DNA of 64,000 nt, from positions 4,503 through 68,502 of the forward strand of contig NZ_PSMQ01000002.1 in the NCBI RefSeq assembly GCF_040290245.1, written 5' to 3'. Below are positions 20,001 to 29,984 of this stretch, piece by piece. Each line of letters starts with the position of its first letter. The stretch's first letter is position 1. Both the position numbers and the translations under genes were made by a program. Below the pieces are notes generated by a model, which worked only from the letters and a program-made list of their open reading frames with translations, was not told the DNA's origin and made no database searches. Origin of the DNA: Thermus sp. (lineage in GTDB: Bacteria > Deinococcota > Deinococci > Deinococcales > Thermaceae).

Positions 20001-21491
20001 ATGGGGATACGGATTCGCGGCTTGGAAAAGCGCTTCGAGCAGGTCCAGGCCCTCAAGGGGGTGGACTTGTGGATCCGGTATGGGGAGGTCCATGCCCTTT
20101 TAGGGGAGAACGGGGCGGGCAAAACCACCCTGATCAACATCCTGTATGGGTTTTACACGCCCGACGGGGGGGAGATAGAGGTGGACGGCCAGCCGGTGCG
20201 GATCCTTTCCCCGCGGAGGGCGCAAGCGCTTGGCCTGGCCCTTGTTCCCCAGCATCCCGAGCTGGTGGAAAGCCACACGGTGGCGGAGAACCTGGCCCTT
20301 GGCCTCCGCCTTCCCTTTTGGCTTCCGAGGCGACGGCTTTTCACCCTTTTAAAGGAGCGACTTCAGGAAAGCCCCTTTCCCCTAGACCTCGAGGCCCCCG
20401 TTCACGCGCTTTCCGCAGGGGAGAAGCAGCGGGTGGAGATCGTGCGCGCCCTTTTGCAAAGGGCCAGAGTCCTCCTTTTGGATGAGCCCACGAGCGTCCT
20501 CACCCCCAGGGAGGCCCAGGAGCTTTTCGAAAAGCTCCAGCTTTTAAAGGCCCAGGGCTTAGGGGTGGTCTTCATCAGCCACAAGTTGGAGGAGGTCCTC
20601 CAGGTGGCGGATCGGATCACCCTTCTGCGTCAGGGGGAGGTGGTGGCCCGGCTGGACCGGGAGGAGATGGCCCGTCTCCCCCGGGAGGAGCTGAAACAAA
20701 GCCTGGTCCGGGCCATGGTGGGCCGGGAGGTAAAACCCCTTCCCGCGGCCGCTCCTCCGGGGGAAAGGGTCCTCCTTCGGGTGGAGGCGCTGAGGGTTCC
20801 CCGGTTCGGTTTTCCCCTCGAGGGGGTCTCCTTTGTCTTGAAGGAGGGGGAGATCCTAGGCGTGGCAGGGGTTTCGGGGAGCGGGCAGAAGGAGCTGGTG
20901 GAGGCCTTGGCAGGGCTTAGGCCCTTTAAGGGTCGGGTGGAGGTCTTCGGGGAGCCCCTGGTCATGGACCCCATGGCCCTTTTCGCCCGGGGGGTGGCCC
21001 ATGTTCCGGAGGAGCGGGTGGAGGGCATTGTGCCCGGGATGAGCCTGGTGGAAAACCTTGCCCTGAGGAGCTACCGGCGCTTTGCCCGCTTGGGCCTTCT
21101 GGACCGAAGGGCCCTCGAGGCCTGGGCGCGGGAAAAGGTCCAGGCCTACACCATCCGGGCCCCCGGGCTTTGGGCCCCCATCCGCCTCCTTTCCGGGGGG
21201 AATATCCAAAAAGCCATCCTGGCCCGGGAGCTGGAGGGGGCGAGGATTCTTTTGGCCCTTCACCCCACGTACGGCCTGGACGCTGCGGCCACGGGGGAGG
21301 TCCACCGTCTTCTTTTGCAAAGGGCCAAGGCGGGGCTGGCCGTCCTCCTTTTTAGCGAGGACCTGGACGAGATCCTGGCCCTTTCCCACCGCGTGGCCGC
21401 CTTGTTCCACGGACGGCTGGTGGGGCCTTTGCCCCGGGCGGAAGTCACGGTGGAGCGGATCGGCCGGATGATGACCGAGGGGGTGGCATGA
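20001..21491 (+). CDS. ABC transporter ATPase, two NBDs (nucleoside/CUT2 type)
   Basis: GENGAGKT, LSAGE, LLLDEPT; second NBD with LSGGNIQK. Confidence 0.92.
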   Translation: MGIRIRGLEKRFEQVQALKGVDLWIRYGEVHALLGENGAGKTTLINILYGFYTPDGGEIEVDGQPVRILSPRRAQALGLALVPQHPELVESHTVAENLALGLRLPFWLPRRRLFTLLKERLQESPFPLDLEAPVHALSAGEKQRVEIVRALLQRARVLLLDEPTSVLTPREAQELFEKLQLLKAQGLGVVFISHKLEEVLQVADRITLLRQGEVVARLDREEMARLPREELKQSLVRAMVGREVKPLPAAAPPGERVLLRVEALRVPRFGFPLEGVSFVLKEGEILGVAGVSGSGQKELVEALAGLRPFKGRVEVFGEPLVMDPMALFARGVAHVPEERVEGIVPGMSLVENLALRSYRRFARLGLLDRRALEAWAREKVQAYTIRAPGLWAPIRLLSGGNIQKAILARELEGARILLALHPTYGLDAAATGEVHRLLLQRAKAGLAVLLFSEDLDEILALSHRVAALFHGRLVGPLPRAEVTVERIGRMMTEGVA

Positions 21492-22531
21492 GGATCGAAA
21501 AGGACCCCAACCCCCCTCCCTTGAAGCAGGTCCTATTCCTTCTTCTGGGGCTCCTTGGGGCCCTGAGCCTCCTCTGGCCCATCCTTCTTCTTTATGGACT
21601 GGGTCCGGACCAAGCCCTAAAAGCGGTTTTGGAAACGCTGGAAGAACCTATAGGCCGGGCTGAGGTCCTGCGCCGGACCATCCCTTTCCTCCTGGTCGGT
21701 AGTGGTCTAACCTTGGCCTTCCGTACAGGGTTTTTCAACATAGGGGCCGAGGGCCAGCTCCTTCTGGGGGCGGTGGGAGCAGGGGCGGTGGCCCTTTTCC
21801 TCCCCCCGGGGCCCTGGACTCTGCCCCTGATGTTCCTCCTGGGGGGTCTTCTGGGAGGGGTCTGGGCCTTCCTGGCCGCCTGGCTCCGGGCGAGAAGGGG
21901 GGTGAACGAGGTCCTGACCACGTTGATGCTGAACTACTTGGCCCAGTACCTGGTCCTCTACCTCGTCTCGGGTCCTTGGAAGGGGCAGACGGTCCGGGGC
22001 TTTCTCTACACTGATCCTTTCCCCCCTTGGGCGGAGCTGCCCACCCTGGCCGGAGGCCTCGTTCACTGGCCCACGCTGCTTCTGGGGGTGGTTCTTGCCT
22101 TGGGGCTTCAGATCCTGCTCTTTTTCACCCCTTTGGGGTTTGAGCTCCGCATCCTGGGTGGGAACCCCTTGGCTGCCCGCTACCTGGGGCTCAAAGAGGG
22201 GCGGCTTCTTTTCGTTTTGGCCCTGGTTTCCGGTGGGCTTGCCGGGATGGCCGGGGTGGGGGAGGTGGCGGGCATCCACCACCGCCTGATGGAGCCCGCC
22301 CAGATCTCCTTGGGCTATGGGTTTACCGCGGTCATCGTGGCCTGGCTTGCCCGGGGCCACCCGGCCTTGACCCTCTTCACCGCCCCCCTGATGGGCTTGA
22401 TCCTGGCTACCGGGGACACCCTTAAGCTGGCTTACTCGGTGCCCTTTAGGCTGGTGGACGTGGTGGCGGGGCTCACCCTTCTCGCTTTGGTGGTTGCAGA
22501 CCGGCTGAGCCAGTACCGGTGGAGGCGATGA
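21488..22531 (+). CDS. ABC permease (nucleoside type)
   Basis: FNIGAEGQ, NEVLTTLMLN, GYGFTAVIVA. Confidence 0.9.
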   Translation: MRIEKDPNPPPLKQVLFLLLGLLGALSLLWPILLLYGLGPDQALKAVLETLEEPIGRAEVLRRTIPFLLVGSGLTLAFRTGFFNIGAEGQLLLGAVGAGAVALFLPPGPWTLPLMFLLGGLLGGVWAFLAAWLRARRGVNEVLTTLMLNYLAQYLVLYLVSGPWKGQTVRGFLYTDPFPPWAELPTLAGGLVHWPTLLLGVVLALGLQILLFFTPLGFELRILGGNPLAARYLGLKEGRLLFVLALVSGGLAGMAGVGEVAGIHHRLMEPAQISLGYGFTAVIVAWLARGHPALTLFTAPLMGLILATGDTLKLAYSVPFRLVDVVAGLTLLALVVADRLSQYRWRR

Positions 22532-23367
22532 TGGAGGAGGTCTTCCTGCGGTCGGTCTACTTCGGAACCCCCTTGCTTTTGGCCACCCTGGGTGCGCTTC
22601 TGGGCGAGCGGGCGGGGGTGGTGAACCTGGGGGTGGAGGGGATGATGGCCCTTTCCGCCCTGGCCGCCTTTGCCGTGGCCCAGGCCACGGGAAGCCCCTT
22701 TGTGGCGGCCTTGGTCGCCGTGGGCGTGGGGGTGGCCATGGGGCTTTTCCTCGGTTTGGTCACCGTGACCCTCCGGGCCAACGCCTTTGTGGCCGGCCTG
22801 GCCTTGGCCATGGCCGGGGTGGGGGCGGCGGGGCTTATTGGCAAACGCTACGAAGGGTTGCCCCTTCTTTCCCCTGCGCGGGAGGAGGGTTTTGCCCTTC
22901 TTGCCGTGGCGTTGGCGGGGTTTCTTTACCTCCTCTTATACAAGACCCGGCTTGGCCTTTACCTGAGAAGCGTAGGGGAGAACCCCAAGGCGGTGGACCT
23001 TTTTGGCGGGAGCGTGACGGGGCTGAGGTACCTGGCCCTGGGCCTGGGGGGTGGGCTCATTGGCCTGGCGGGGGCGGACCTTTCCTTGGCCTACCGCCCT
23101 TCCTGGGCGGATGGGCTCACCGCTGGGCTGGGCTGGGTGGCGGTGGCCCTGGTCATCTTCGTGGGGTGGCACCCCTTGCGGGCGGTTTTGGGGGCTTGGT
23201 TTTTTGGCCTCCTCTTCTTCCTCCAGTTCCGTTTCCAGGGGAGCGTGCCTATCCCTTCTGAGGCATTTGCCGCCATGCCCTATGCGCTTGTTATCCTGGT
23301 TTTGGCCTTGTCAGGCCGGGGGCGGGCTCCTAGGGCTCTGGGCCTACCTTACGAGAGGGGGAGGTGA
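22528..23367 (+). CDS. ABC permease (nucleoside type)
   Basis: ERAGVVNLGVEG, GENP, G.GWVAVAL. Confidence 0.9.
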   Translation: MMEEVFLRSVYFGTPLLLATLGALLGERAGVVNLGVEGMMALSALAAFAVAQATGSPFVAALVAVGVGVAMGLFLGLVTVTLRANAFVAGLALAMAGVGAAGLIGKRYEGLPLLSPAREEGFALLAVALAGFLYLLLYKTRLGLYLRSVGENPKAVDLFGGSVTGLRYLALGLGGGLIGLAGADLSLAYRPSWADGLTAGLGWVAVALVIFVGWHPLRAVLGAWFFGLLFFLQFRFQGSVPIPSEAFAAMPYALVILVLALSGRGRAPRALGLPYERGR

Positions 23368-23371
23368 GGGA

Positions 23372-24511
23372 ATGAAAAAGATCGTTTTCGGACTCCTGTT
23401 GGTTCTTGGACTGGGGTTTGCCCAGACGGATAAGCTTAAGGCCTGCTTCATCTACATAGGCCCCATTGGGGATATCGGATGGACCCATGCCCACGACCAG
23501 GCGCGGAAGAAGGCGGAGGCCGCTTTACCGTGGCTCGAGACCAAGTATGTGGAAAGCGTCCCCGAGGCGCAGGTGGTCCCGGTCATCGACCGGTTGGTGG
23601 GGGAGGGGTGCCGGGTGATCTTCGCCACCAGCTTCGGGTATATGGACGGGGTTTTGGAGGCGGCTAAAAAGCACCCGGATGTCCTCTTTGGCCACGCCTC
23701 TGGGTTTAAGCGCGCCCCCAACGTCATGACCTACATGGCGGACTTCTACCAGGTCTACTACCTGAACGGCCTGATGGCCGGGGCCTTGACCAAGACCGGA
23801 AAGGTGGGGTACGTGGGGGCCTTCCCCATCCCTGAGGTGAAGCGGCACATCAACGCCTTTGCCCTGGGGGTCCGGGCGGTAAACCCCAAGGCCGAGGTCT
23901 ATGTAAAGTGGATCAACGCCTGGTTTGACCCGGCCAAGGCCCGAGAGGCCACAGAAGCCCTGATGAGCCAGGGGGCGGATGTCTTCGCCTTCACCGAGGA
24001 CACGCCCACCGTGGTTCAGACCGCGGCCCGCAAGGGGAAGGATTCCTTCAGCCACTACTCCCCTATGCTCAAGTTCGCGCCCGACCACGTGGTCTCGGGA
24101 CAGCTGGTCCACTGGGAGGCCATCTACATCGATTTCCTTAAGAAGGTTAAAGAAGGGGTCTACACCAGTAAGAACCTGCAGAACGTGGACTACTTCTGGC
24201 TTCTTAGGGAGAAGGCGGTGGAGATGGGGGCGGACTATGGTGTCCCCATCAACCCTAAGCACCTTCCCCTCCTGAAGCAAGCGAGGATGCGGGTGGGGGG
24301 GAAGGAGGTGCCGGTCTACGACCGGGTCATGGCCCTTCTGAAGGACATGAGCGCAAAGAACCCCACCTTTGACCCCTTCACCGGGCCCCTCAAGGACCGG
24401 AAGGGGGTGGTCCGGGTTCCCGCAGGGAAGAAGGCAAGCCTCCAGGACCTCCTCACCATGGAATGGGCCGCGCCCGGGGTGGTGGGGGACTGGCCAGGGG
24501 AGCCCAGGTAA
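23372..24511 (+). CDS. BMP family ABC substrate-binding protein
   Basis: SD GGAGG, signal peptide, GDIGWT.AHD, FATSFGY, INAFALG, W.DP. Confidence 0.9.
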   Translation: MKKIVFGLLLVLGLGFAQTDKLKACFIYIGPIGDIGWTHAHDQARKKAEAALPWLETKYVESVPEAQVVPVIDRLVGEGCRVIFATSFGYMDGVLEAAKKHPDVLFGHASGFKRAPNVMTYMADFYQVYYLNGLMAGALTKTGKVGYVGAFPIPEVKRHINAFALGVRAVNPKAEVYVKWINAWFDPAKAREATEALMSQGADVFAFTEDTPTVVQTAARKGKDSFSHYSPMLKFAPDHVVSGQLVHWEAIYIDFLKKVKEGVYTSKNLQNVDYFWLLREKAVEMGADYGVPINPKHLPLLKQARMRVGGKEVPVYDRVMALLKDMSAKNPTFDPFTGPLKDRKGVVRVPAGKKASLQDLLTMEWAAPGVVGDWPGEPR

Positions 24512-24530
24512 GGAAGGACCCTTGGGGGCT

Positions 24531-25832
24531 TTAAAGGGCTTTAAAGACTTCCTCCAGGATGGAAAGCCCGATCCCCGCTTCCTCCTTCGTTAGGATAAGG
24601 GGTGGAGCGATGCGCAAGGTGCTTGGCCCCGCGGGGAGGGTGAGGAGCCCCTTTTGGAAGGCAAGGGCGACGGCCTTGTCCCTGAGGTCCGGCCGTTCCT
24701 CCTCGGGACTCCCAAAGTCCAGCCCGATCATCAGGCCCCTTCCCCGCACGTCCCCCAGGAAGGGGAAGCGGGCCTGCATCCCTTTGAGTTCCTCGAGGAG
24801 GAAGGCCCCCACCCCAGCGGCGTTTTCCATCAGGCCGCTTTCCAAAAGGTCCAAGGTGGCGCAAGCGGCGGCGGCGGAGACCGCCTGCCCCCCGAAGGTG
24901 GACCCATGGGCCCCGGGGGGCCAGCTGGCGATCTCTTCCCGGAACAAGACCGCGCTCAAAGGGTAGCCGGAGGCCAGACCCTTGGCCAGGATGTAGATGT
25001 CCGCCTCGAGGTCCTCGTGCTCGAGGGCGAAGAACCGGCCCGTCCGCCCAGCTCCGGTCTGAACCTCGTCCGCCACCAGGAGGATGCCATGCCGCCTGGC
25101 CATGCGCCAGAGTTCTGGCCAAAAACCGCGAGGGGGAAGGACGTATCCCCCCTCTCCTTGTATTGGCTCCAGGAAAATTGCGCCTACCTCCTCAGGGGGC
25201 AAGGTGGTGCGGAAGAGGTGATCGAGGTACTCCAGGACCCTTTCCCCCACCTCTTCCCGCCTTGCCCCCAGGGGAGGGCGGAAGGGGTTGGGGAAGGGGA
25301 TGTGGACCACCCCGGGAAGGAGGGGGGCGAAGCCCTTCCGATACTTGGCCTGGCTCGAGGTGAGGGATAGGCTTCCCAGGCTCCTTCCGTGGAAGGAGCC
25401 GGTGAAGGCTAGGACGTAAGGCCGCCGGGTGTGGTAGCGGACGAGTTTCAGCGCGGCTTCCACCCCTTCTGTCCCCGAGTTTCCAAAGAAGACCCGGTAC
25501 CGGCCCCCGAGCCGTCCCACGAGCCTTTCCGCCAGGCTCAAGGTGGGCTCGTGGGTGAAGTCCGAGAAGCAGACGTGGGCGAAGCGCCGGGCCTGGGCCT
25601 CCACCGCTTCCACCACCTTGGGGTGGGCGTACCCGGTGGTGTTCACCGCGATTCCGGCCATGAAGTCCAGAAAGACATTTCCGTCCACATCCTCCAAATA
25701 GACCCCGTGCCCCTGGGCGGGAACCAAGGGGTAGGGCCGGAGGTAAGAAGGGGAGAGGACCCCCTCCTGGCGGGCCAAAGCCGCCTGGGCCTTGGGGCCA
25801 GGCAGGGAGGTGCGGATAAAGGGTTGACGCAT
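24531..25832 (-). CDS. Class III PLP aminotransferase (GabT/ArgD-like)
   Basis: SGTEGVE, FHGRS, EPIQGEGG, DEVQTG.GRTG, AKGLASG, HGSTFGG. Confidence 0.9.
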   Translation of the reverse strand: MRQPFIRTSLPGPKAQAALARQEGVLSPSYLRPYPLVPAQGHGVYLEDVDGNVFLDFMAGIAVNTTGYAHPKVVEAVEAQARRFAHVCFSDFTHEPTLSLAERLVGRLGGRYRVFFGNSGTEGVEAALKLVRYHTRRPYVLAFTGSFHGRSLGSLSLTSSQAKYRKGFAPLLPGVVHIPFPNPFRPPLGARREEVGERVLEYLDHLFRTTLPPEEVGAIFLEPIQGEGGYVLPPRGFWPELWRMARRHGILLVADEVQTGAGRTGRFFALEHEDLEADIYILAKGLASGYPLSAVLFREEIASWPPGAHGSTFGGQAVSAAAACATLDLLESGLMENAAGVGAFLLEELKGMQARFPFLGDVRGRGLMIGLDFGSPEEERPDLRDKAVALAFQKGLLTLPAGPSTLRIAPPLILTKEEAGIGLSILEEVFKAL

Positions 25833-25910
25833 GCCGCCTCCTTTGCGTCCTAAAGTATACCAAAGGGAAGAATTACGCCAAGAAGGGGAATATTTATTCC
25901 TAGCCCCCGT

Positions 25911-26564
25911 TTAAAGCTCCAGGTCTAAAGCGTACCGGAGAAACCCGGGGACCTCGAGCCAGAGCTCCAGCCGTCTTCCCCGTTCCAGCCCCGGGCGGAA
26001 GCCCAAAAGCTGTAGCCGGGCCTCGCCCAGGGCGGGAAGATCGGCCCGGACCTCTAGGCTCTGGCCCAAAAGGGCCAACCGCCCCTCGGCTTTCAAGGGG
26101 ATGGGGTTGGGGTTTTTGAGAACAAGGTTCACCCCTTTCAGTTCCACTTCCGGAGGGCGTAAGGGGAAGGCGACCCGGGTGTCTAGGAGGACAACCGGCT
26201 GGAGGAGCCGGGCTTTGACCTGAAGCCGCGCCCCTCCTTTCAGGAGGGCCCTCCCCGCTTCCAAGGCCCGGGAGGCGGGCAGGTCTAAAGGGAGGGTGGC
26301 GGTGCTCTGTCCTGGGGGGAGGGTAAGCGGCAAGGGCACCTCCAGCCCTTCCAAAACCAGGCTGGCCCCCACCGCCTCGAGGGGCAGGGGATAGGGGTTG
26401 GGGTTTTGGAAGCGAAGGCCTACGCGTAGGTGCAGCGTGGGCTCCGTTAAAAGGGAGAGGCCGAGGACCTCCACCCCTTCCAGGCCCACCTCCGGAGGGC
26501 GGGGCAGCTGAAAAACGCAGGCGGAAAGAAGGAGGGTAAGAGGGAAGGCCCTTAAAGCACCCAT
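25911..26564 (-). CDS. LEA_2-like lipoprotein
   Basis: Lipobox LSAC; NPNPYPL and NPNPIPL repeats typical of LEA_2/WHy. Confidence 0.7.
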   Translation of the reverse strand: MGALRAFPLTLLLSACVFQLPRPPEVGLEGVEVLGLSLLTEPTLHLRVGLRFQNPNPYPLPLEAVGASLVLEGLEVPLPLTLPPGQSTATLPLDLPASRALEAGRALLKGGARLQVKARLLQPVVLLDTRVAFPLRPPEVELKGVNLVLKNPNPIPLKAEGRLALLGQSLEVRADLPALGEARLQLLGFRPGLERGRRLELWLEVPGFLRYALDLEL

Positions 26565-27403
26565 CCCTCCTCCTTAAGCCCTTCTAGAACCGGAAGGAAC
26601 CTCGGCCACAAGGGGCTTTCCGCGGGATAAGGGGGGCGGGGGTAGCCCGCAGGGAGGCCGAGGTGGCGCAGGGCCTGCTTAAGAAGGGGCACCCCCCCTT
26701 GGGCGAGAAGGCTACCCAGGGGGTAGAGGCTTTTCTGCCGGGCCTGGGCCTCTGTGAACCGCCCCTCACGGAAGGCTTGGAGGAGGGCTCGGTAGGCCCT
26801 GGGGGCGAGGTTGGCCGCGGCCAGAATGCCCCCTTCCGCTCCCAAGGCCAAGGCCCCCAAAAAGGTGGGGGCGTGTCCGGTGTAGACCCTAAGGGCGAGG
26901 CCTTCTGCCTGGTAGAAGGCGAAGCGGCTTAAGTCCCCGCTCGAGTCCTTGACCCCCACCACCCCCTTGTGGACGGCCAGGGCCTTCACCGCGGCAAGGG
27001 GGAGGTCCACTTTGGTGTTTTGGGGGACATGGTAAAGCCAGATGGGCATCCGCTGGGCCAAGGCCTCGTAGTAGGCGATTAGCCTTTCCCCGAGGCTCGC
27101 ATGGTAGTACCGGGGCGGGGTGACCAGAAGGCCCATGGCTCCCCGTTCCCTGGCTTCCTCCAGCGCCCTTTCCGCCTGGGGGAGGGTTTCCTCCATCAGG
27201 CCCACGAGAAAGGGTTTTTGGGGGTTTAAAGCGGAAAGGCCCAGCCGCCTTTCCTCAGGAAAGAGGTGGACCCCCTCTCCGTTGGAACCGTAGATGAGAA
27301 GACCGTCCACCAGGGGTTCCAAAGCCCCGGCCAGCTCCCGGAAGGCCCCGGTATCCAGCCGGCCTTTCCGGTCGAATGGGGTGGGGATGGGAGGCAGGAT
27401 CAT
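26552..27403 (-). CDS. DHDPS/NAL-family aldolase (HOGA-like)
   Basis: PIPTPF, GSNGE, LYHVP, KDSSG Schiff-base Lys. Confidence 0.8.
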   Translation of the reverse strand: MILPPIPTPFDRKGRLDTGAFRELAGALEPLVDGLLIYGSNGEGVHLFPEERRLGLSALNPQKPFLVGLMEETLPQAERALEEARERGAMGLLVTPPRYYHASLGERLIAYYEALAQRMPIWLYHVPQNTKVDLPLAAVKALAVHKGVVGVKDSSGDLSRFAFYQAEGLALRVYTGHAPTFLGALALGAEGGILAAANLAPRAYRALLQAFREGRFTEAQARQKSLYPLGSLLAQGGVPLLKQALRHLGLPAGYPRPPYPAESPLWPRFLPVLEGLKEEGWVL

Positions 27404-29301
27404 CCGCCCCTCCGGCTGAAAAGAAGGCTTAGGGCGTGAAGGGCGTAGGCCGCAAGGAGGGGCCAGGGGGTCTGGGAAAAGACCAAGGCCCCGTAGGCGG
27501 CCAGCAAAAGAAGCACCACCCCCCAGCCGGAGGCGAAGGCCAGGCTTCCCGGGACAAGGACCTTGAGGAGGAAGGGTGGAAAGAAGGGCCCTTTAGGCCT
27601 TGGGAGGAAGAAGGTGAAAAGGTGATAGAGGAGAAGGAGGAAGACCGCAAGGCCCAAAAGGACCCGGCCTAAAGGGGAAAAAGGAAGGGGAAGCGCCGCG
27701 AAGCTTTTAAGGAAGTCGTCCTGGAAGGAAAAGAGTTCGGCCAGGAGCAAGATCCCGTAGAGGGTCCGCTGGCTGGGGGCCGGCTCCCGGGCCCCCCAGG
27801 CGTCCTCCCCCAGGTGGAGGCTCGAGCGCACCGGCCCCATCAGAGGGGCTTTCCGGTAGGCCTCGGCCAGGCTTTCCCCAGAGCCCAAGGCGAGGACGAA
27901 GGGAAAGGGAGGGGCCTCTTGGAGAAGGCGGCTGGCCTCCTTGGGGTTTTCCGGAAGGAGACTGTAGCCGAGGAGGGCTGCGGTGAAGGGGGTTTTGGGC
28001 CGGGTGGCGAGCCAGTCCCTCACCTCCTCGCTCCTTAAGGTGCCCTGGGCCAGGGGGCCTTCGGTGAGGAGGGGGCGGAGCTTGGCGTCCAGGCTGTACA
28101 GAACCAGCCCCGAAAGGCCTAAGAGGAAAAGAAGGAAAATCAGCAGCTTCTCCCCAAAGGTGGCGTAGGCCAGGTGGAGGTGGCGAAGCCGGATCAGGGG
28201 ATGGCGGAAAAACCCCAGGAAGAACCCTCCAATGGGGGCGAGGTGGGCCTTTTGTGCAGGAAGATAGGCCAGGAAGAGGTAGAGAAAGAGCACGCCGTAG
28301 CTTAGAAAGAGGACCTTTGTCCAGAACAGAAGGCCCTCGAGGCTGGGCAGCCCCCAGGTCTTCACCATCTTGGTCCGTTCCCGGATGCTTAGGGCGAGGT
28401 CAGGCCGCCCTTGGGCCTCCAGCGTCCGGGCCACGGTTTTAAAAAAGGTGAGGGAGCCGGGGAAAAGGGGGGTGTAGCGGAGGAGGGCCTCGGTCAGGCG
28501 GATGGCCGCCTCGGGTCGGTCCTTGAGGTGGGTCAAGGCCGCCTCCTTCCAGGCCTGAATGGGCTTCTGGCTAAAGAAAAGCTCCGGCCGGTGGCCCCGC
28601 CGGTAGAGGTCCTCCCCGTAGGCCTTGAGGTCCTCTTCGCTGAGGTCGAGGGGGTCCTGGGTCCAGTAGGCCCAGTAGGGCCAGGGCCTCGGGGGGTTCA
28701 GGGCCATAAGGAGGGGTTTGAGCGCCTCGAGGTCCTTCTCCTCCCCGGAAAAGGGGATAAAGGGCAGGGGGATGGGAAGGACCCGGTCGCCTGGCAGGAC
28801 CACCTCCCCCGGCCTCAGGGCCTGGACTGGGCCTGGGGCGAAGTGGTAGCGCACCTCGCCCGTGGGGAGGACCTCCAAGACCAGGCTTCCCGCGGCCAAA
28901 AGGACCTTGTCCCCCCAGAGGACGGGCCCTTTCCACTCCGCCTTGGGCAGGCTCAGGTGCAGACCGCGGTAGACCAGGCCTTCCTCGGTCAGTTGGGGCT
29001 CCGGGGGAGGGCCGGGTTGGACGACGTCAAAACGGCCCTCCAGCGCCCCTACGGGCAGAAGGAGCCGGACCCGGTACGACCCCGGGGCCTCCGGGGTAAA
29101 GGGGATGCGGAAGCCCCCTTCCTGGGTCCGCACGGTGGTCTGAAGCCCCTTGGGGCCTTCCACCACCAAAGGGTACTCCCCCGCGGGAAGCCCCTTTCCT
29201 TCCAGGAAGACCTCCTGGCCCACCTGGGCCTCCTTGGGGAGGAGGAGGGTCTGGGCGAAGCCAAGGGCGTAAAAGGCCAGAAGCAAAAGCAAAAGCCGCA
29301 T
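27400..29301 (-). CDS. Large exported/membrane hypothetical protein
   Basis: Signal peptide, beta-rich N-terminus, helical middle, several TM helices in the C-terminal half. Confidence 0.65.
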   Translation of the reverse strand: MRLLLLLLAFYALGFAQTLLLPKEAQVGQEVFLEGKGLPAGEYPLVVEGPKGLQTTVRTQEGGFRIPFTPEAPGSYRVRLLLPVGALEGRFDVVQPGPPPEPQLTEEGLVYRGLHLSLPKAEWKGPVLWGDKVLLAAGSLVLEVLPTGEVRYHFAPGPVQALRPGEVVLPGDRVLPIPLPFIPFSGEEKDLEALKPLLMALNPPRPWPYWAYWTQDPLDLSEEDLKAYGEDLYRRGHRPELFFSQKPIQAWKEAALTHLKDRPEAAIRLTEALLRYTPLFPGSLTFFKTVARTLEAQGRPDLALSIRERTKMVKTWGLPSLEGLLFWTKVLFLSYGVLFLYLFLAYLPAQKAHLAPIGGFFLGFFRHPLIRLRHLHLAYATFGEKLLIFLLFLLGLSGLVLYSLDAKLRPLLTEGPLAQGTLRSEEVRDWLATRPKTPFTAALLGYSLLPENPKEASRLLQEAPPFPFVLALGSGESLAEAYRKAPLMGPVRSSLHLGEDAWGAREPAPSQRTLYGILLLAELFSFQDDFLKSFAALPLPFSPLGRVLLGLAVFLLLLYHLFTFFLPRPKGPFFPPFLLKVLVPGSLAFASGWGVVLLLLAAYGALVFSQTPWPLLAAYALHALSLLFSRRGG

Positions 29302-29318
29302 GGGCTTATTCTAGTACC

Positions 29319-29984
29319 ATGGGTCTTTTGGACATCATTGGACCGGTCATGATAGGGCCCTCCTCCAGCCACACCGCCGGGGCCTGCCGCATCGCCCTTC
29401 TGGCCCGGCATCTTCTCGGGGAGAAGCCCTTGAAGGCGGAGTTCGGCCTCCATGGCTCCTTCGCCAAGACGGGGGCGGGGCACGGGACCCACCTGGCCCT
29501 GGTGGCAGGGGTCTTGGGCTTCAAGCCCGACGATCCAAGGCTAAAGGAGAGCCTGAGGTACGCACAGGAGGAGGGCCTCGAGGTGGCCTTCAAGGACGTG
29601 GAGCTGGGGGAGGTCCACCCCAACACCGTGCGCATTGCCTTGGAGGGGGAGAAGGAGCGGGTGGTGGTCACGGGGAGCTCCCTAGGGGGTGGGGTGGTCC
29701 GGGTCTTTGACCTGGAGGGGTTTGAGGTCCGGATTACCGGACAGGCCCCCACCCTGGTGGTGAAGAACGTGGACACCCCGGGGGTGGTGGCCCGGGTGGC
29801 CCGGGTCATCGCGGACGACGAGGTCAACATCGCCTACCTCACCGTCAGCCGCAAGAAACGGGGTGCGGAGGCCATGATGAGCATTGAGCTGGACCGGGCC
29901 CTTTCCAAACCCGCTTTGGACTACCTGGCCTACCTCTCCTACATCCTTTGGGTGCGGATGCTTCCCCCGGTCATGGAGGGATAA
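29319..29984 (+). CDS. sdaAB: L-serine dehydratase Fe-S type, beta subunit
   Basis: GPVMIGPSSSHTAGA, HGSFAKTG.GHGT, HPNT, GSS.GGG, C-terminal ACT domain. Confidence 0.93.
   Translation: MGLLDIIGPVMIGPSSSHTAGACRIALLARHLLGEKPLKAEFGLHGSFAKTGAGHGTHLALVAGVLGFKPDDPRLKESLRYAQEEGLEVAFKDVELGEVHPNTVRIALEGEKERVVVTGSSLGGGVVRVFDLEGFEVRITGQAPTLVVKNVDTPGVVARVARVIADDEVNIAYLTVSRKKRGAEAMMSIELDRALSKPALDYLAYLSYILWVRMLPPVMEG

Noticed and set aside
26552-27403. Call as dapA
   Set aside because: Lacks GTTGE, and Thermus uses the aminoadipate lysine pathway.
29319-29984. sdaAB without sdaAA as a broken gene
   Set aside because: Alpha and beta subunits can be unlinked; the ORF is intact with its ACT domain.
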